Origin: Desulfobacterales bacterium
GTDB lineage: Bacteria > Desulfobacterota > Desulfobacteria > Desulfobacterales > JAFDDL01
DNA: 32,000 bases
Reading direction: 5' to 3'
NCBI GenBank assembly: GCA_963675725.2
Contig: CAXXXZ010000002.1
Coordinates: 4,042,611-4,074,610, forward strand
Positions within the stretch are counted from its first letter, which is position 1, and the number at the start of each line of letters is the position of its first letter. The position numbers and the translations under genes were made by a program. Of this stretch, positions 31,670 through 32,000 are shown in pieces. The notes below the pieces were generated by a model that was given only the letters and a program-made list of their open reading frames with translations, ran no database searches and was not told where the DNA came from.

Positions 31670-32000
31670 ATGCGTCTCGTACATGATAAGGGCATCACGT
31701 CTGGTATTCAGCGGTTTATCTTCGGTCACCGCCGATGGGTCATTGCTTTTTTCGGAATTACGACGCTTTTTATGTTGTTCAGTATCAGGGGACTTCATAT
31801 TGATGCGGGATTCAGCAAGCTTTTACCCCTCCAGCATGAATATATGAAGACATACGTTACCCATCGCCAGGCGTTTGGCGGTGTCAACCGGGTGTTGATC
31901 GCCTGCATGGTAAAAGAGGGTGATATCTTTACCCCTGAATTTTTTGAACTTCTGAAGAATGTGACAGATGATGTTTTTTTCCTGCCCGGTGTCGACCGGG
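31670..32000 (+). CDS. RND-superfamily (MMPL/HpnN-like) exporter, N-terminal 110 aa; continues past the window
   Basis: Not in the ORF track because there is no stop within the window. Hand translation: MRLVHDKGITSGIQRFIFGHRRWVIAFFGITTLFMLFSIRGLHIDAGFSKLLPLQHEYMKTYVTHRQAFGGVNRVLIACMVKEGDIFTPEFFELLKNVTDDVFFLPGVDR. This shows TM1 followed by the start of the first periplasmic loop, typical of this exporter class. Confidence 0.7.
   Translation, partial: MRLVHDKGITSGIQRFIFGHRRWVIAFFGITTLFMLFSIRGLHIDAGFSKLLPLQHEYMKTYVTHRQAFGGVNRVLIACMVKEGDIFTPEFFELLKNVTDDVFFLPGVDR

Noticed and set aside
1-32000. CRISPR arrays, rRNA genes, retron or DGR-like repeats, and long tandem repeats.
   Set aside because: Reading both strands revealed no regularly spaced direct repeats and no rRNA-like sequence. 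The only repeats found are the IS inverted repeats, the IS-flanking direct repeat and the 40-nt pair reported above.

Overview
The window reads as chromosomal DNA from a Desulfobacterota-like anaerobe. That assignment is an inference from a Desulfovibrio-type hynBA operon lacking a cytochrome b gene, and cannot be verified here. Gene content, left to right: (1) the 3' part of gltX, tRNA-Gln(CUG) and its terminator. (2) A roughly 4.4 kb decayed accessory islet. An ankyrin-repeat lipoprotein gene is split by an intact IS4-family element. A HEPN-like gene fragment is truncated by a second IS4-family element, which is itself dead (in-frame TGA plus a catalytic E-to-G change). (3) On the minus strand, a periplasmic [NiFe] hydrogenase operon: small subunit, large subunit, maturation protease, hypC, hypF. 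(4) An acidic-tail protein, two tRNA-Ser genes, and an ATP-grasp plus DUF418-like membrane protein pair. (5) A housekeeping block on the plus strand: dus, a SPOR protein, gatC, gatA, an untracked 59-aa ORF and mutL. (6) A PtsN-like EIIA plus P-II-like pair, a YchJ-like SEC-C protein, a 70-aa protein with an SSB-like acidic C-terminal tip, and an ICMT-like methyltransferase. (7) An ATGA-coupled pair of an FGase-family amidohydrolase and a standalone C39-like cysteine peptidase, then a 600-nt gene-free gap and an orphan MoeB/ThiF E1-like enzyme. (8) A four-gene envelope cluster (DUF1302 barrel, DUF1329 LolA-like protein, Ycf48/BNR-like propeller, RND/MMPL-type exporter) that runs off the 3' edge. 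No CRISPR array, rRNA or prophage structural genes were seen. The most interesting items are the uncharacterised envelope cluster with an apparent frameshift in its second gene, the hydrolase pair, the SSB-tip mimic, and a 40-nt repeat shared by two unrelated intergenic regions.
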